NCBI RefSeq assembly: GCF_006345805.1 | Contig: NC_043003.1 | Coordinates: forward strand, 54,064,001 to 54,128,000 | Reading direction: 5' to 3' | Length of the DNA: 64,000 nt | Source of the DNA: Octopus sinensis | Taxonomy: Eukaryota | Part shown: positions 43,194 to 55,500 of the stretch, one piece after another | How positions within the stretch are numbered: the stretch's first letter is position 1 | Layout of the letters: every line of letters begins with the position of its first letter | Translations under genes and position numbers: made by a program | The notes under the pieces: model-generated | The model's database searches: none | The model's input: the letters and a program-made list of their open reading frames with translations, nothing else | What the model was told of the DNA's origin: nothing

Positions 43194-43235
<42 letters not shown>

Positions 43236-44447
43236 GTGTGTGTGTACGTGTAGATGTGTGTAGTTTGAATTCCTTTTATTTCCATTCAACTCTGGTTCTT
43301 GCATTCATTCAACATCTTCAGAGAATCAGGAAAAAGTCCTCGTGATATTTGTTCCACATCCTTAAGCAATGCGTTCAAATTCCGTCTATGTTAACTTTGC
43401 TTCTCATTTTTCCAGAGTCAATAAAGTTTTCCCTACCAAAAATGCTCTACCGTATGCTCTTCATAATGCCAACGTAGAACTTCCGTTTGCATTTCCCGAT
43501 TGGTAGAGGGTCGTGAGCGTTTGGCGACATTTCAAATACCAAGCATCGCCCTTCGCATGAGTCGTGAAAAACCACATCTGACAGAAGTAGACTAAACCTT
43601 ATCTCTGGTAAAGAATTGTGGGGATACCGCGGCCTCAGCGTATATTTGTTCGTCATCAGCTACGAAATTCTCTGTCATTTACTCAAATGAGTGAGTGACT
43701 GGCAACAAATGGAGCGCCTAAACAGTGTTATAGTCCCGTCCCCAAAAGGGGAAGAGCAGATATCTCAGTCTGTTACTCTATGAACTAGGACAAAGTACTA
43801 AGGTAATCGGTGATAGATGACGAATGCGACGTAGATGTTTTCCTTCATCAAGAATCGCTTTCTATCGTATCATTTCTGGATCACACTGAAGACCTTGTTC
43901 GTTGATTTGTCTCAGTTCTTCACCTGATTATCAGGTGCACAATAGGCTCCGAGAACTATAACCCTGGTATGACCGTCTCGTGCCTCACTGATGGACGGCA
44001 CGGACCCATCTCCTCACCAGCCTACTGACTTTACTTTGGTTGATTTGGGCTCCTGTCACTGTCTCATCATACTCTCCTAAAGCCCTGATGTTGAGCTCAG
44101 TGTGCATCGTGTTTGACACTATTTGACGCTGACCTCGTCAGAATATACCGACACGGATCTCTACATCTTTACTCGCGTGGGGACCAACTCAATGCCACTA
44201 ATTTCCGCAATAGTAGCTCAAGGGCACGTACACACAGAAGAGATGAGAGGAGGAAGCAAGAGAGAATGACCGCCCGATGCTGAATGGTTCCTATAGGTGA
44301 ATGTTCACCTTAACTACCGTGTAGATATCACTGTACATTGCGACTATCCAACCGAAAGCAGAAGCCAGTATTAATCGATCTTGAACGTGACTCTGTATTA
44401 TCGTCACACACACATACATGTACTATGTAACTTTGTGCATATATAAT

Positions 44448-44522
<75 letters not shown>

Positions 44523-45534
44523 GCGTTATGGCAGTAGTGCATTGACAGGTCTGTGATGAGCTAGCTTGGTTTGACTCCTTGTTCGATCTTCAGTTAAACT
44601 CTACCTTGACCGATAGAAGAGATATATCTCCACTCATGAACAAAGATAAATATTTGTTATTTTGATGACAGAAGGAAACGTTTTAAATTCTTAGCAAAGC
44701 AAGTCTACATAAATTTGCTCCCTCTTCCCCCACTTCTCTTCTGTCTCTGACCCTCTACTGGATGGATGTAGTTTACTTTCTTTCGCTTGTGAAGAAGTGT
44801 ATTTACATCTGTAGACTTTTGTCGTTGTTCTGTTGTTGTCTTTCGCACGTAAAAAGTGTCAAGTCAGTTTCTTTTTTTGCTTTTACGTTTTGAATATTTA
44901 CATCATGTGAAATTACATTTGTTTCTTATTTATTTTTTATTTTCTCTTACTGTTTTATCCAGTTAACTTTCTGGCTAGGCATTGTCTTCCTGTTAGCAGC
45001 AATCCATCATAGCTAAACGTAGTCACAACTAAATTATGTTCCAAATGTCCAAAAGTGTTTCTCAGCGGTATAGAAGAGACGTTCATATTGTTTCAAAATG
45101 GTTCGCCGAAGAAAATATTAAAATAAGAAAAAAAAAATGTTACGCTTAGCAAAATCCTTGTTTTGAGGGGTTAGAGGGTACATGATATTCTTGGAAAACG
45201 TAAGTATGATAGTAGTAGTAGTTGTTCTAATAGCATCAGGAGCAGCAGTAGTAGTAATAATAACCATAGTAGTAGTAGTAGTAGTATTAGTAGTAGTAGC
45301 AGCAGCAGTAGTAGTAGTAGTAGCTCGTTCATTGCGAATGGGCATGAGGGAAGGCATTTGAAGGAAAGTCTACAATTTGCGTGTGTGTCTCTTGGGGTGG
45401 ACGTTGAATAAAGGGAAGAAATGGTGCATAGGGGGAATGAGATAAGAAGTATACAGCGTACAAAATATGGGGACGCATGGAAGATGCACTCCGACTGATA
45501 CATTAGAGCTTCCAGCTGAGGCTGATCAAGGAAC

Positions 45535-46203
45535 TTCAGCTTGGAGTGGTCATTCTTCTTTGCTTCTATTTGTTTATCATCTCACCTTGACAAAACCTTC
45601 TTTTAACGGGTGTTTTGCATCGGTTTCGTCTTCGATAAGATCTCGGATTCGGAGAAAATTTAGGTAAAAAGGTCCGCATTTGTATATGTATTTGTATACT
45701 GTGTGGAACGGAACTGCTGTAAAGTTTTTTATTGTTGGTGGCTGGAGGTTCTGTTATTGTTGTTGTTTTGAAGGTTCGATTGTTATTGTTGGTGCTACTG
45801 CAACTGTTGTTGATGCTACTGTTGTTGGTAGTGTTTTTACTACTGTTGATTTTGCTGGAGTCACAGTTACGTAATTTTTGTGGCTATTGTTGTCATAGTT
45901 GTGTTTCTTAAGTCGGCAGCATTGCAAGCTTTCCTGCTTGTCTCTCTACTGCAATCAGGAAACCTAAGGGTTTTAATGGTTTCCTGATTGCAGGAGCCAC
46001 CAACAATAAAAGCTTCTCAGCAATTCCGTTCCACGGAATATAGAAATACATATACAAATGCGGACTTCTTGATCTAAATTTTCTCTGAATCCGAGATCTT
46101 ATCGAAGACGAGACCGATGCAAAACAGCCGTTAAAAGAGGGTTTTCTCAAGGTGAAATGAAAAACAAATAGAAGCAAGGAAGAATGACCACTACAAGTTG
46201 AAA
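45535..46203. repeat. Inverted repeat of ~210 bp (45535-45743 / 45995-46203)
   Basis: Opposite-strand ORFs share SGHSSLLLFV..KPSFNGCFASVSSSIRSRI. Roughly 85% identical by eye. Confidence 0.9.
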
Positions 46204-46831
46204 TCCAATTGTCCAACGGAACGGTGGAGATACCATCAAATAGTCGCACACCACAACCAACAACATTATAACCACCATCTCAGCAACAATAATTACAAAA
46301 CTCGAAACCTTACCACTTATAAGGCACTTGTAACGTCTTTCTTTAACAATTGAAAACATTCAGGTCTGAAACATTTTTCAGGATTAGAAGTCCTACCCCT
46401 CTCCCCAGTTGGTCTTAGAGAAGTAGTTTTTTAACTGTAAGATTTTCGTGTGTTCTTTATGGTTACACAAAATTCTTTGGCCACAGACACCAAATCTATG
46501 ATTCGGACGCATACACCTTGTTCAACCATGTCAATTTCCAGTTCATGTATTTTGCATTAATAATGAAACTATCACGCCTTGCTGGGTAGTGAAGTGGCTC
46601 TTCACGTTGCGCGCAGAGATTGTTCTCTATCGGCGAAAGCGAGTGAACAAATCACTTAGTTTCCAAATGGATATGAAAAACATTTGTACCCGAAAATGTG
46701 TGGATTTCGATATCTGTATATACTAGGAAATCGCGGTGGGCATTTATAGAACAAGAGGAAGAAAAGAAGGGATTAAAAGGATGTGGAGGAGAATGAGGAC
46801 GAAAAAGTAATGAAGACAAAGAAGAGAAATA

Positions 46832-46845
46832 GTAATAATAATAGC

Positions 46846-46883
<38 letters not shown>

Positions 46884-47285
46884 CAACAACAACAACAACA
46901 AATCCCTCCTAGTATAGGCACGAGGCGCGATATTTTGGGGGAGGGGTATAGTTGATTACATCGACCCAGTACTTAACTGAAACTTATTTCATCAACCCCG
47001 AAAAGTCGACCTCGGTAGTATTTGAACTCAAAATGTAACCAAGAAGAAATACCTATTTCTTTACTACCCATAAGGAGCTAAACACAGAGGAGAGAAAAAG
47101 GATAGACAAACGGATTAAGTCGATTACATCGACCCCAGTGCGTAACTTGTACTTAATTTATCGACCCCGAAAGGATGAAAGGCAAAGTCGACCTCGCGGA
47201 ATTTGAACTCAGAGCATAACGGCAGACGAAATACGGCTACGCATTTCGCCCGGCGTGCTAACGTTTCTGTCAGCTCGCCGCCTTA

Positions 47286-47371
<86 letters not shown>

Positions 47372-48240
47372 AACAACAACAACAAATCCCTCCTAGTAAT
47401 AGGCACAAGCGCGATATTTTGGGGGAGGGGTATAGTTGATTACATCGACCCAGTACTTAACTGAAACTTATTTCATCAACCCCGAAAAGTCGACCTCGGT
47501 AGTATTTGAACTCAAAATGTAAACCAAGAAGAAATACCTATTTCTTTACTACCCATAAGGAGCTAAACACAGAGGAGACAAAAAAGGATAGACAAACGGA
47601 TTAAGTCGATTACATCGACCCCAGTGAGTAACTTGTACTTAATGTATCGACCCCGAATGGATGAAAGGCAAAGTCGACCTCGGCGGAATTTGAACTCAGA
47701 GGCATATCGGCAGACGAAATACGGCTACGCATTTCGCCCGGCGTGCTAACGTTTCTGTCAGCTCGCCGCCTTAGCAATAATAATAATAATAATAATAATA
47801 ATATAATAATAATAATATAATAATAATAATAATAACAACAACAACAACACAACAACCCTCCTAGTATAGGCACGAGGCGCGATATTTTGGGGGAGGGGTA
47901 TAGTTGATTACATCGACCCAGTACTTAACTGAAACTTATTTCATCAACCCCGAAAAGTCGACCTCGGTAGTATTTGAACTCAAAATGTAAACCAAGAAGA
48001 AATACCTATTTCTTTACTACCCATAAGGAGCTAAACACAGAGGAGAGAAAAAAGGATAGACAAACGGATTAAGTCGATTACATCGACCCCAGTGCGTAAC
48101 TTGTACTTAATTTATCGACCCCGAAAGGATGAAAGGCAAAGTCGACCTCGGCGGAATTTGAACTCAGAGCATAACGGCAGACGAAATACGGCTACGCATT
48201 TCGCCCGGCGTGCTAACGTTTCTGTCAGCTCGCCGCCTTA

Positions 48241-48288
<48 letters not shown>

Positions 48289-48289
48289 G
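46832..48289. repeat. Tandem triplication, ~480-bp unit: (AAT/AAC)n + old SINE A fragment + young SINE A (minus strand; 47054-47284, 47539-47772, 48007-48239)
   Basis: Three near-identical units starting CCCTCCTAGTA at about 46903, 47387 and 47856. Confidence 0.95.
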
Positions 48290-48938
48290 AGGTAAGTTGA
48301 AGAAGAAGACGAGGGGAAGAGAAGAAGCAGAAGGTACAAAAGAAAATACAAATATGTGTGTATGTGTGTGTGTGTGTGTGTGTGGTGTGTGTGTGTGTGT
48401 GGAAGAAAGTTTAAAAGAAGAAAAGGAATTTGCAGAGTGCAAGAAATAAGACTAAAAGAAAAGAAACGAAAAGCGAATCAATCGTCGAAAGTAGACACAA
48501 GAAAATGTGAGAGAAAAATGAGGAAAAAGTTATTGTCAGCAACTTTTTAACTATACTTTTAGAGATTTTCAGGGAGCAAAATATTCCATCTATTTAGTTT
48601 ACATCAGCAGTATAATCTGACTGCCATTATTAGCCTCGTCGGCGCTATCATCGCCGTACGCTGCCACCGACACCACCAGAAACCATCACCATCACCACCA
48701 CCATCACCGGACACCGTTTCTATTTTCAGTGTTCTACATCAACATGATCATCAGTCATCACCACCACTACAACCACCACCACCACCACAACCACCACCAC
48801 CACCACCACCACAATCACCACCACCGCCACCATCGTCATCATGAGCATTTAACATTAAAGCAAATTAGAGAAGAAAAGTGGCTTGGTAAATCTTTTTGAC
48901 ACGTACAATACTAAAGTATGTTAGCGTTTGTTAGAGGA

Positions 48939-48980
<42 letters not shown>

Positions 48981-49794
48981 TTATGTATCTGTCTATGCCT
49001 GGATGCGTGCGTGTGTGTGTATATATATATGTATGTATGAATATATATATGTATGTAGGTATATATATATATGCGCACATTCAGGCATACACACACACGC
49101 CCCTTCATATACATACATACATACATACATACATACATACATACATACATACATACATACATACATACATACACTAATATATATATGTTATGTATGTATA
49201 CATATATACATCCATGTATGTGTTTGTACATATGAGAATATATTATATATAACACTCAAACATAAACACACTCTATTTCTCTCTCTCTCTCTCTCTCTCA
49301 TTCTCTCATTCTCTAACACACAGACACATACACACATATACTTACACACACCCACATACACACACCACAGAAAAGAAAACCACAACAACACAAACCAGCA
49401 GAAAAAGAAAGAGTTAAAGGATGAGAAAACATAAAAATAAAGAAGAGCTGTTGGCAATGTTTTACCATTAATTGAATGGCATACCTTCTATTAAAGAAAT
49501 CACATCTAAAATATCTTGTTGACAGACAGTTTGTACCGAAATTCTTTCGCAATCACACCATTTTCACAAACCATTTCTTTGCACTGAAACAACGACGTCT
49601 TACGTTCCAATGCACTACATTTTATCTTTTGTATTTTTGCCTTATTTTTTCCTTCTTATTTCTTCGGCGTTTTCTATTTCACTCTGTTTCTGTTCCTCTT
49701 TGCATGTGTGAGTATGTGTGTATGTGTGTGTGATTGTGCGTGTATATGCGTCTATATACACATGTATCTACCTTTCTCTCTCTCTCTCTTCATT

Positions 49795-49795
49795 C

Positions 49796-49891
<96 letters not shown>

Positions 49892-49919
49892 GTCTGTCTG
49901 TCTGTCTGTCTGTCTGTCC

Positions 49920-49985
<66 letters not shown>
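49795..49985. repeat. (TCTA)n/(TCTG)n tetranucleotide array
   Basis: Direct inspection. Confidence 0.95.
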
Positions 49986-50525
49986 GTTTGCATGTCTGAC
50001 TGTCTGTCTTTCATTTAATTATCGATATGCATAAGTGCATACATGCACACATAAAAAAATATGTGTGTGCGTGCATATAAATATATATGTCTGTGTGTGT
50101 GTGTATATATACATATATATGTATGTATGTATTTGTGTGCGTATATATATATATATATATGTACGTATGTATGTATGTATGCATGTATTATATATATATA
50201 TATATATTATATATATATATATATTATATATATATATATAATATATATATATATATAACATATATATATATATACACATACAAAAAACATATCTGTGTGC
50301 ATTTATACATGATAGATCCATTCCGGATCACATGACTTCGGGCTCAGAGACACTGGGTGACACCTTGGGTAAGTGTCCTCTACTTTAGTCTCGGGTCGAC
50401 CATGACATTTTCAGTGGATTTGGTAGACGGAGACTGAAGAACCCTCGTATATACAAGGCTTTGGTCGACCCGAGGCTATAACAGAAGATACTTGCCCAAG
50501 GTGTCACACAGTGCGTCCTACATAC

Positions 50526-50573
<48 letters not shown>

Positions 50574-50616
50574 ATGTGCGTGTGTGTGTGTATGTGCGTG
50601 TGTGTGTGTATAATAT

Positions 50617-51758
50617 TGTTGTGGTTCAGCTGGTACAGTTGATTGTGGCCTACTTTGCTGGCTTGGAGACGGAAGGTCTGGAATAAAAAGCTATAGCCCT
50701 TTGTTTACGGAAGACTAATGGCTTTTGGAAGGACCTTTGGCCTTTCGCCGGTCAAGAAGGGGCCGAGGAAGATAGAGTAAGGAAGAATCTAGTGACAGTG
50801 AAGAAGAGGAAGAAGAAAGTAGTGAGAAAGACAGAGGAAGGGATCTGAGAGCTGTCATGAGAGAGTGACAGCGGCAGCGTCGATGAAGATAGGCAGATTA
50901 AGGAATCTGAGAGCAGATAGAGAGAATATTAGCAGTGCTAAGACAGATTGAGGGGAGTGATAGAGCAAGGGGTTTTTGGACAGTCGGTATTCGGTCGTCA
51001 AAGCGAGCAGTTGGGATTTTAGGAGCGTGGATTTGGGAATTCGGGGCAAGAGTTTGGCAAGTTGGAGCTAGCGGTACTGAGAGAGAGGAACTACAATATG
51101 GGACACTGGCTATTCTAGTAGGAATTAAGGTACGTGAATTGTGTATTGATATGTGAAGAAAAAGAAGGAAAAAGAATCGATGTATCGAAATGTTGAAAAG
51201 AAATGAGACAGTAAAAAGGAATTTAAAGAACAATGTGAAATTGTTGTAAGGACATTGTGTACAGTGTTGTGATTTGAACATTGTATAATGAACATTGAAC
51301 TGTTAGGCCTACAATGTCCCTTGAACTGTATATGACTTGTTGATGGTTTTGAAACGAACTGTGTCTTCGGACGGGTACTCTTGAAATGCTGATGTATTGA
51401 AACTTGATGTGTGTTGTTACCGGACGGTTATATTGTTTGCATGTAATGCTTTGATCGCGTTTGTATCTTTTTATACCTATATGAGTGTTTTGATTCTGTT
51501 ACTTGCTTGTATTTACCTGATGTATCTTTAAATGTAATTGATGTTGAACAATTGATGTCATATTAACTAGTTGTTAAATGTAAGCCAGTTGTGCGTTGCC
51601 TCTTTGTGTCTCTCTCGATTGCCTCTGTGCTGCTGCTGTTGTTGTTGTTGTATCTATCTCTCCTCTCCGAGTTTCCGTGGCGAAAATATTCGCTGCATCG
51701 AACGGGCCTGTGTGTGAGGGATTCCGTAACAGTTCGAATCGGAGGTCCCCTCGTAACA
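50617..51758. mobile_element. Probable solo LTR (~1.14 kb)
   Basis: TGTT...AACA termini with ATAT on both flanks as a candidate 4-bp TSD, which is weak evidence in AT repeats. Complex non-coding block inside a microsatellite. Confidence 0.5.
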
Positions 51759-51939
51759 ATATAATATATGTTTCTATAGGTTATACATATATATGTGTGT
51801 ACGTGTGTGTCTGTGTGATAGAAACTACCAGGCTTGAAAAATCCACTGGGTTATTGCGCCTCCACCTAGCTCAACTTATATATTATATATATATATATAT
51901 AAGTACATGTGTGTGTTAATGTGTGTGTTTGTGTGTGCT

Positions 51940-52180
51940 TTTGTGTGTGTATGTGTGTCTTTGTGTATGGGTTTGTCTTCTATCACTGCTTTACAACGTG
52001 TGTTGGTTAGTTTACGTCCCTGTAATTTAGAGGTTCGGGAAGAGAGAACAATGGAATAAGTATCGGGTTTAAAAAGATTAGCGCTGGTGCCGATTTTTTC
52101 GACTAACACTTCAAGGCAGAATCTGAACATGGCCGCTCCTCAATGACTGAAACAAGGAAAAGATAAAAGATAAGAGATAT
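51940..52180 (+). mobile_element. SINE family B, 3' half
   Basis: TTTACGTCCC.GTAA.TTAG.GGTTCGG...CATGGCCGC..AATGACTGAAAC and an AAAAGAT tail. Confidence 0.75.
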
Positions 52181-52637
52181 GTATGCATGCCTGTTGATTT
52201 TATTGCAGTTTACCACATGCCTGGTCAGGCACCAGCACATTCATTACGAATGTGTCCCGGAGAATATGGTCACAAAACTATCTCATAAGCTGCTCAATTT
52301 GTTATTTGTTATTCATGTGAGCTGAGGTGGTTGACTAATCCAGCAATTAAAAGAAAAATTCGTCACCACACATTGAACTTCAATTTCAACTAGATTTCAG
52401 CAGGTACTACACTTCGGTCCTGCATGCGGAGTGAATGCTTCAAGCAGCATGCTTCACTCGTTTTTGTTCTCTTCGACATATCATCTATTCTAGACAAGCA
52501 TTATCTATGCTGCATGGTTATCAGCCGATGCTTCCCAGTTATTCACCTCTACGAAACTTTCACAACATCCTTAAATAGCTTCCTTCTTATTATACTATAT
52601 ATATATACATATACACACACACACACATATATATATA

Positions 52638-52860
52638 GTTAGTTAATCCAAACAAGAAAACACAGAAAAAACACAGCAACGCGAGGACGTGGAACAATTA
52701 AAGTATTATTTGACGCTCAGGAAAGAAGGGAAGGAGGGTTTAACGTTTCGAGCGGAGCTCTTCGTCGGAAACAAAGGAGAAGGAAAGATCCCGAGAAGGG
52801 AACACAGAGGAAAAATTTTTTTTTGGTGGTGGTGCTCAAGAGATCACATGTTGAAAGACT
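52638..52860 (-). mobile_element. Penelope-like pLTR fragment inserted in (TA)n
   Basis: Pyrimidine-rich minus strand carrying a minimal hammerhead motif. Layout resembles 19250-19390. Confidence 0.6.
52738..52772 (-). ncRNA. Minimal type I hammerhead-like motif (U4C core variant)
   Basis: GTTT-CCGACGA-A-GAGC.tcc.GCTC-GAAA-CGTT-AAAC: 4-bp helix I, 4-bp helix II and palindromic AACGTT helix III. Confidence 0.55.
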
Positions 52861-52898
52861 ATATATATAGATAGTAATATATATATAGTATATTATAT

Positions 52899-53197
52899 AT
52901 CACCGTGACCGACCAGGCTATCAGATGTTGCTACACATCACTGCCACAATGCGCTTCGCATTGTTTTAGCCTTCAAGGAACCCCACCCCGCTGGCTAAGC
53001 GAGCAGGCAACTGAAGAAAGAATGAGAGAAAGTTGTGTCGTAAGAGTACAAAGGGGTCGCCACCACCCCCTGCCAAATCCTCGTGGAGCTTTCGGTGTTT
53101 TCGCTCAATAAACACTCACAACGCTCAATAAACATTCACGAAACCGCGATCCTACGACAGCAAGTACGCTTCCCTAACCACTGGTCCGTTGCGCCTC
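52899..53197 (-). mobile_element. SINE family C (tail type 2)
   Basis: Head and body match 8953-9120. The 3' ~130 bp differ. Confidence 0.85.
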
Positions 53198-53243
<46 letters not shown>

Positions 53244-54182
53244 TAAATCAACAAAATAGTACTCAATCCCTTGAAAGATAGATATCAAATTAAATATACA
53301 ACCGAAAGAGCTACTTATAGTTTCATGCCATTATGATACTTGAACAGGCATATTTGTAAAATACGCAATGTAACTTAAAGCAATCTTTCAGGCTCTGTTT
53401 ATGCGCTATAGATATTTTTAGAAACAAGGACATTTGACAGTAAGAATATAAGAAAAACAAAACGTGAAAAAAACTTGAAAATATGCGTGTATGTATATAT
53501 ACATATGTATATATACATATGTATATGCATATATAAACACATATATTTTCCAATTAATCGTATAATATATGTATCTGAATATGTGCATGTGTATATGCAT
53601 GTATTCTGTAGGCGAGTGACAAACTGTAAACAACATCTAACTATTGCTATATATGTGGTGTTGGTTGATAAATCAATGAAGGGATGTCCTCCAACATATA
53701 TCACCATAAATGCTACATAAAACACGTACCGTCCTTCGATCTCGACGCCGACAAATCATCGTAAGATATTATTGACTATATAGAAAAAAAAGAATATGAC
53801 AAATAAATATAAAGGAGTAAATTGCAGCACTTAACAATTTTGTTTATGAGTGCGTTACACAATCACATACTAACTCACACGTACACCCACACACAAGCAT
53901 ATGCATACACACATACACAAACACACACGCACAAGCAAGCACGCACAAATACACCACAGACGTAGATTCTATTTTTTCACGAAAACCAGTTAAAGGTATA
54001 AGTACATCATCAGTGTAATATATATATATTACTACCTCTGTCAATCTAAATGTATATATTTGTCACTACCTGTCATAAAAAGCCTTTTTCTATTTGCAAT
54101 ATGCATTTTCGTGATTACCTTACATTTCCACGTGTATTTTTATATTTCTTTTCGTAACATATTTCTACTATATATAATATAG

Positions 54183-54243
<61 letters not shown>

Positions 54244-54277
54244 ATCTATATATAGAATGAATTTTTTTATATATCCT

Positions 54278-55500
54278 GAACGTGAAATACAGGAAGGGAC
54301 GAACCGGAACACAGACAAATCATTCGAAGCCTTCAATCTTCAGTCAGACACCGAATCATCATAGCAAATTCGGCTGTTCAATTCTGATATTTGCTCCAAC
54401 TCGGCCAGCCCCAAGAAAAAAAACTAAGCTGTAAGCATTAGATTTCTTGGTAGAAGACAGGAATGTGAACGCACAAGACGGATGTGAATACAAGAGACGA
54501 AAACGAAATTGAAAACAGTAATGAATAAACAAAATACATATAACGGTGGTTGTCATACGACTTTAGACCAAATGAGACAAAACAACAACAACATAGCAGC
54601 TGGCGTAGAAATAATTACCGTTTCGGTAGCGGGGACACATGTTGGTCGAGATACGAAGGCCAACAGAATGGTTGAAGAAGCAGCAGGTCGCAGGAGAGAG
54701 AGAAAGAGAGACGAGAGAGAGGGAATCAAGAGGGTGGAAGGCAGGGGACAGAATCAGTGACCAAGAGAGAGAGAGAGGAAGAAAGGGATTAAGGAGGATG
54801 GGAGGAAGAGAGGGGAAGAATCGGAGGGCGCCAAAAAGTTTGGTGAAGAAGCAATGGCGGGTAGTAAAAGACAGTGTATAGAAGTCGTGCAGGGTTTAAA
54901 ATTGGACAAACAAACGGGGGGGGGGGGGTGTGCACGTAACGCCGCAAAATATAAGAATGAATGTTTTTATATATAATGAACGTGAAATACAGGAAGGGAC
55001 GAACACGGACGGAACACAGACAATCATTCGAAGCCTTCAATCTTCAGTCAGACACCGAATCATCATAGCAAATTTCGGCTGTTCAATTCTGATATTTGCT
55101 CCAACTCGGCCAGCCCCAAGAAAAAAAACTAAGCTGTAAGCATTAGATTTCTTGGTAGAAGACAGGAATGTGAACGCACAAGACGGATGTGAATACAAGA
55201 GACGAAAACGAAATTGAAACAGTAATGAATAAACAAAATATATATAACGGTGGTTGTCATACGACTTTAGACCAAATTGAGACAAAACAACAACAACATA
55301 GCAGCTGGCGTAGAAAAATTACCGTTTCGGTAGCGGGGACACATGGTTGGTCGAGATACGAAGGCAAACAGAATGGTTGAAGAAGAAGCAGCAGGTCGCA
55401 GGAGAGAGAGAGAAGAGAGACAGGAGAGAGAGGGAATCAAAGAGGGTGGAAGGCAGGGGACAGAATCAGTGACCAACGAGAGAAGGAGAAAGAAGGGATT
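54278..55500 (-). repeat. Tandem duplication (~700-bp period, second unit partial), possibly a PLE pLTR
   Basis: GAACGTGAAATACAGGAAGGGAC begins units at about 54278 and 54978. The copies differ mostly by short indels. Abuts (TA)n. Confidence 0.85.

Noticed and set aside
43440-44408. Possible LTR (minus strand TGTGACGA..) with a TGGTCCCC PBS-like site
   Set aside because: LTR end and PBS spacing are ambiguous, and no gag/pol motif was recognised. Left unclassified.
46832-48289. Regular repeats with variable spacers resembling a CRISPR array
   Set aside because: The units are ~480-bp SINE composites and the spacers are microsatellites. Eukaryotic context with no cas genes.
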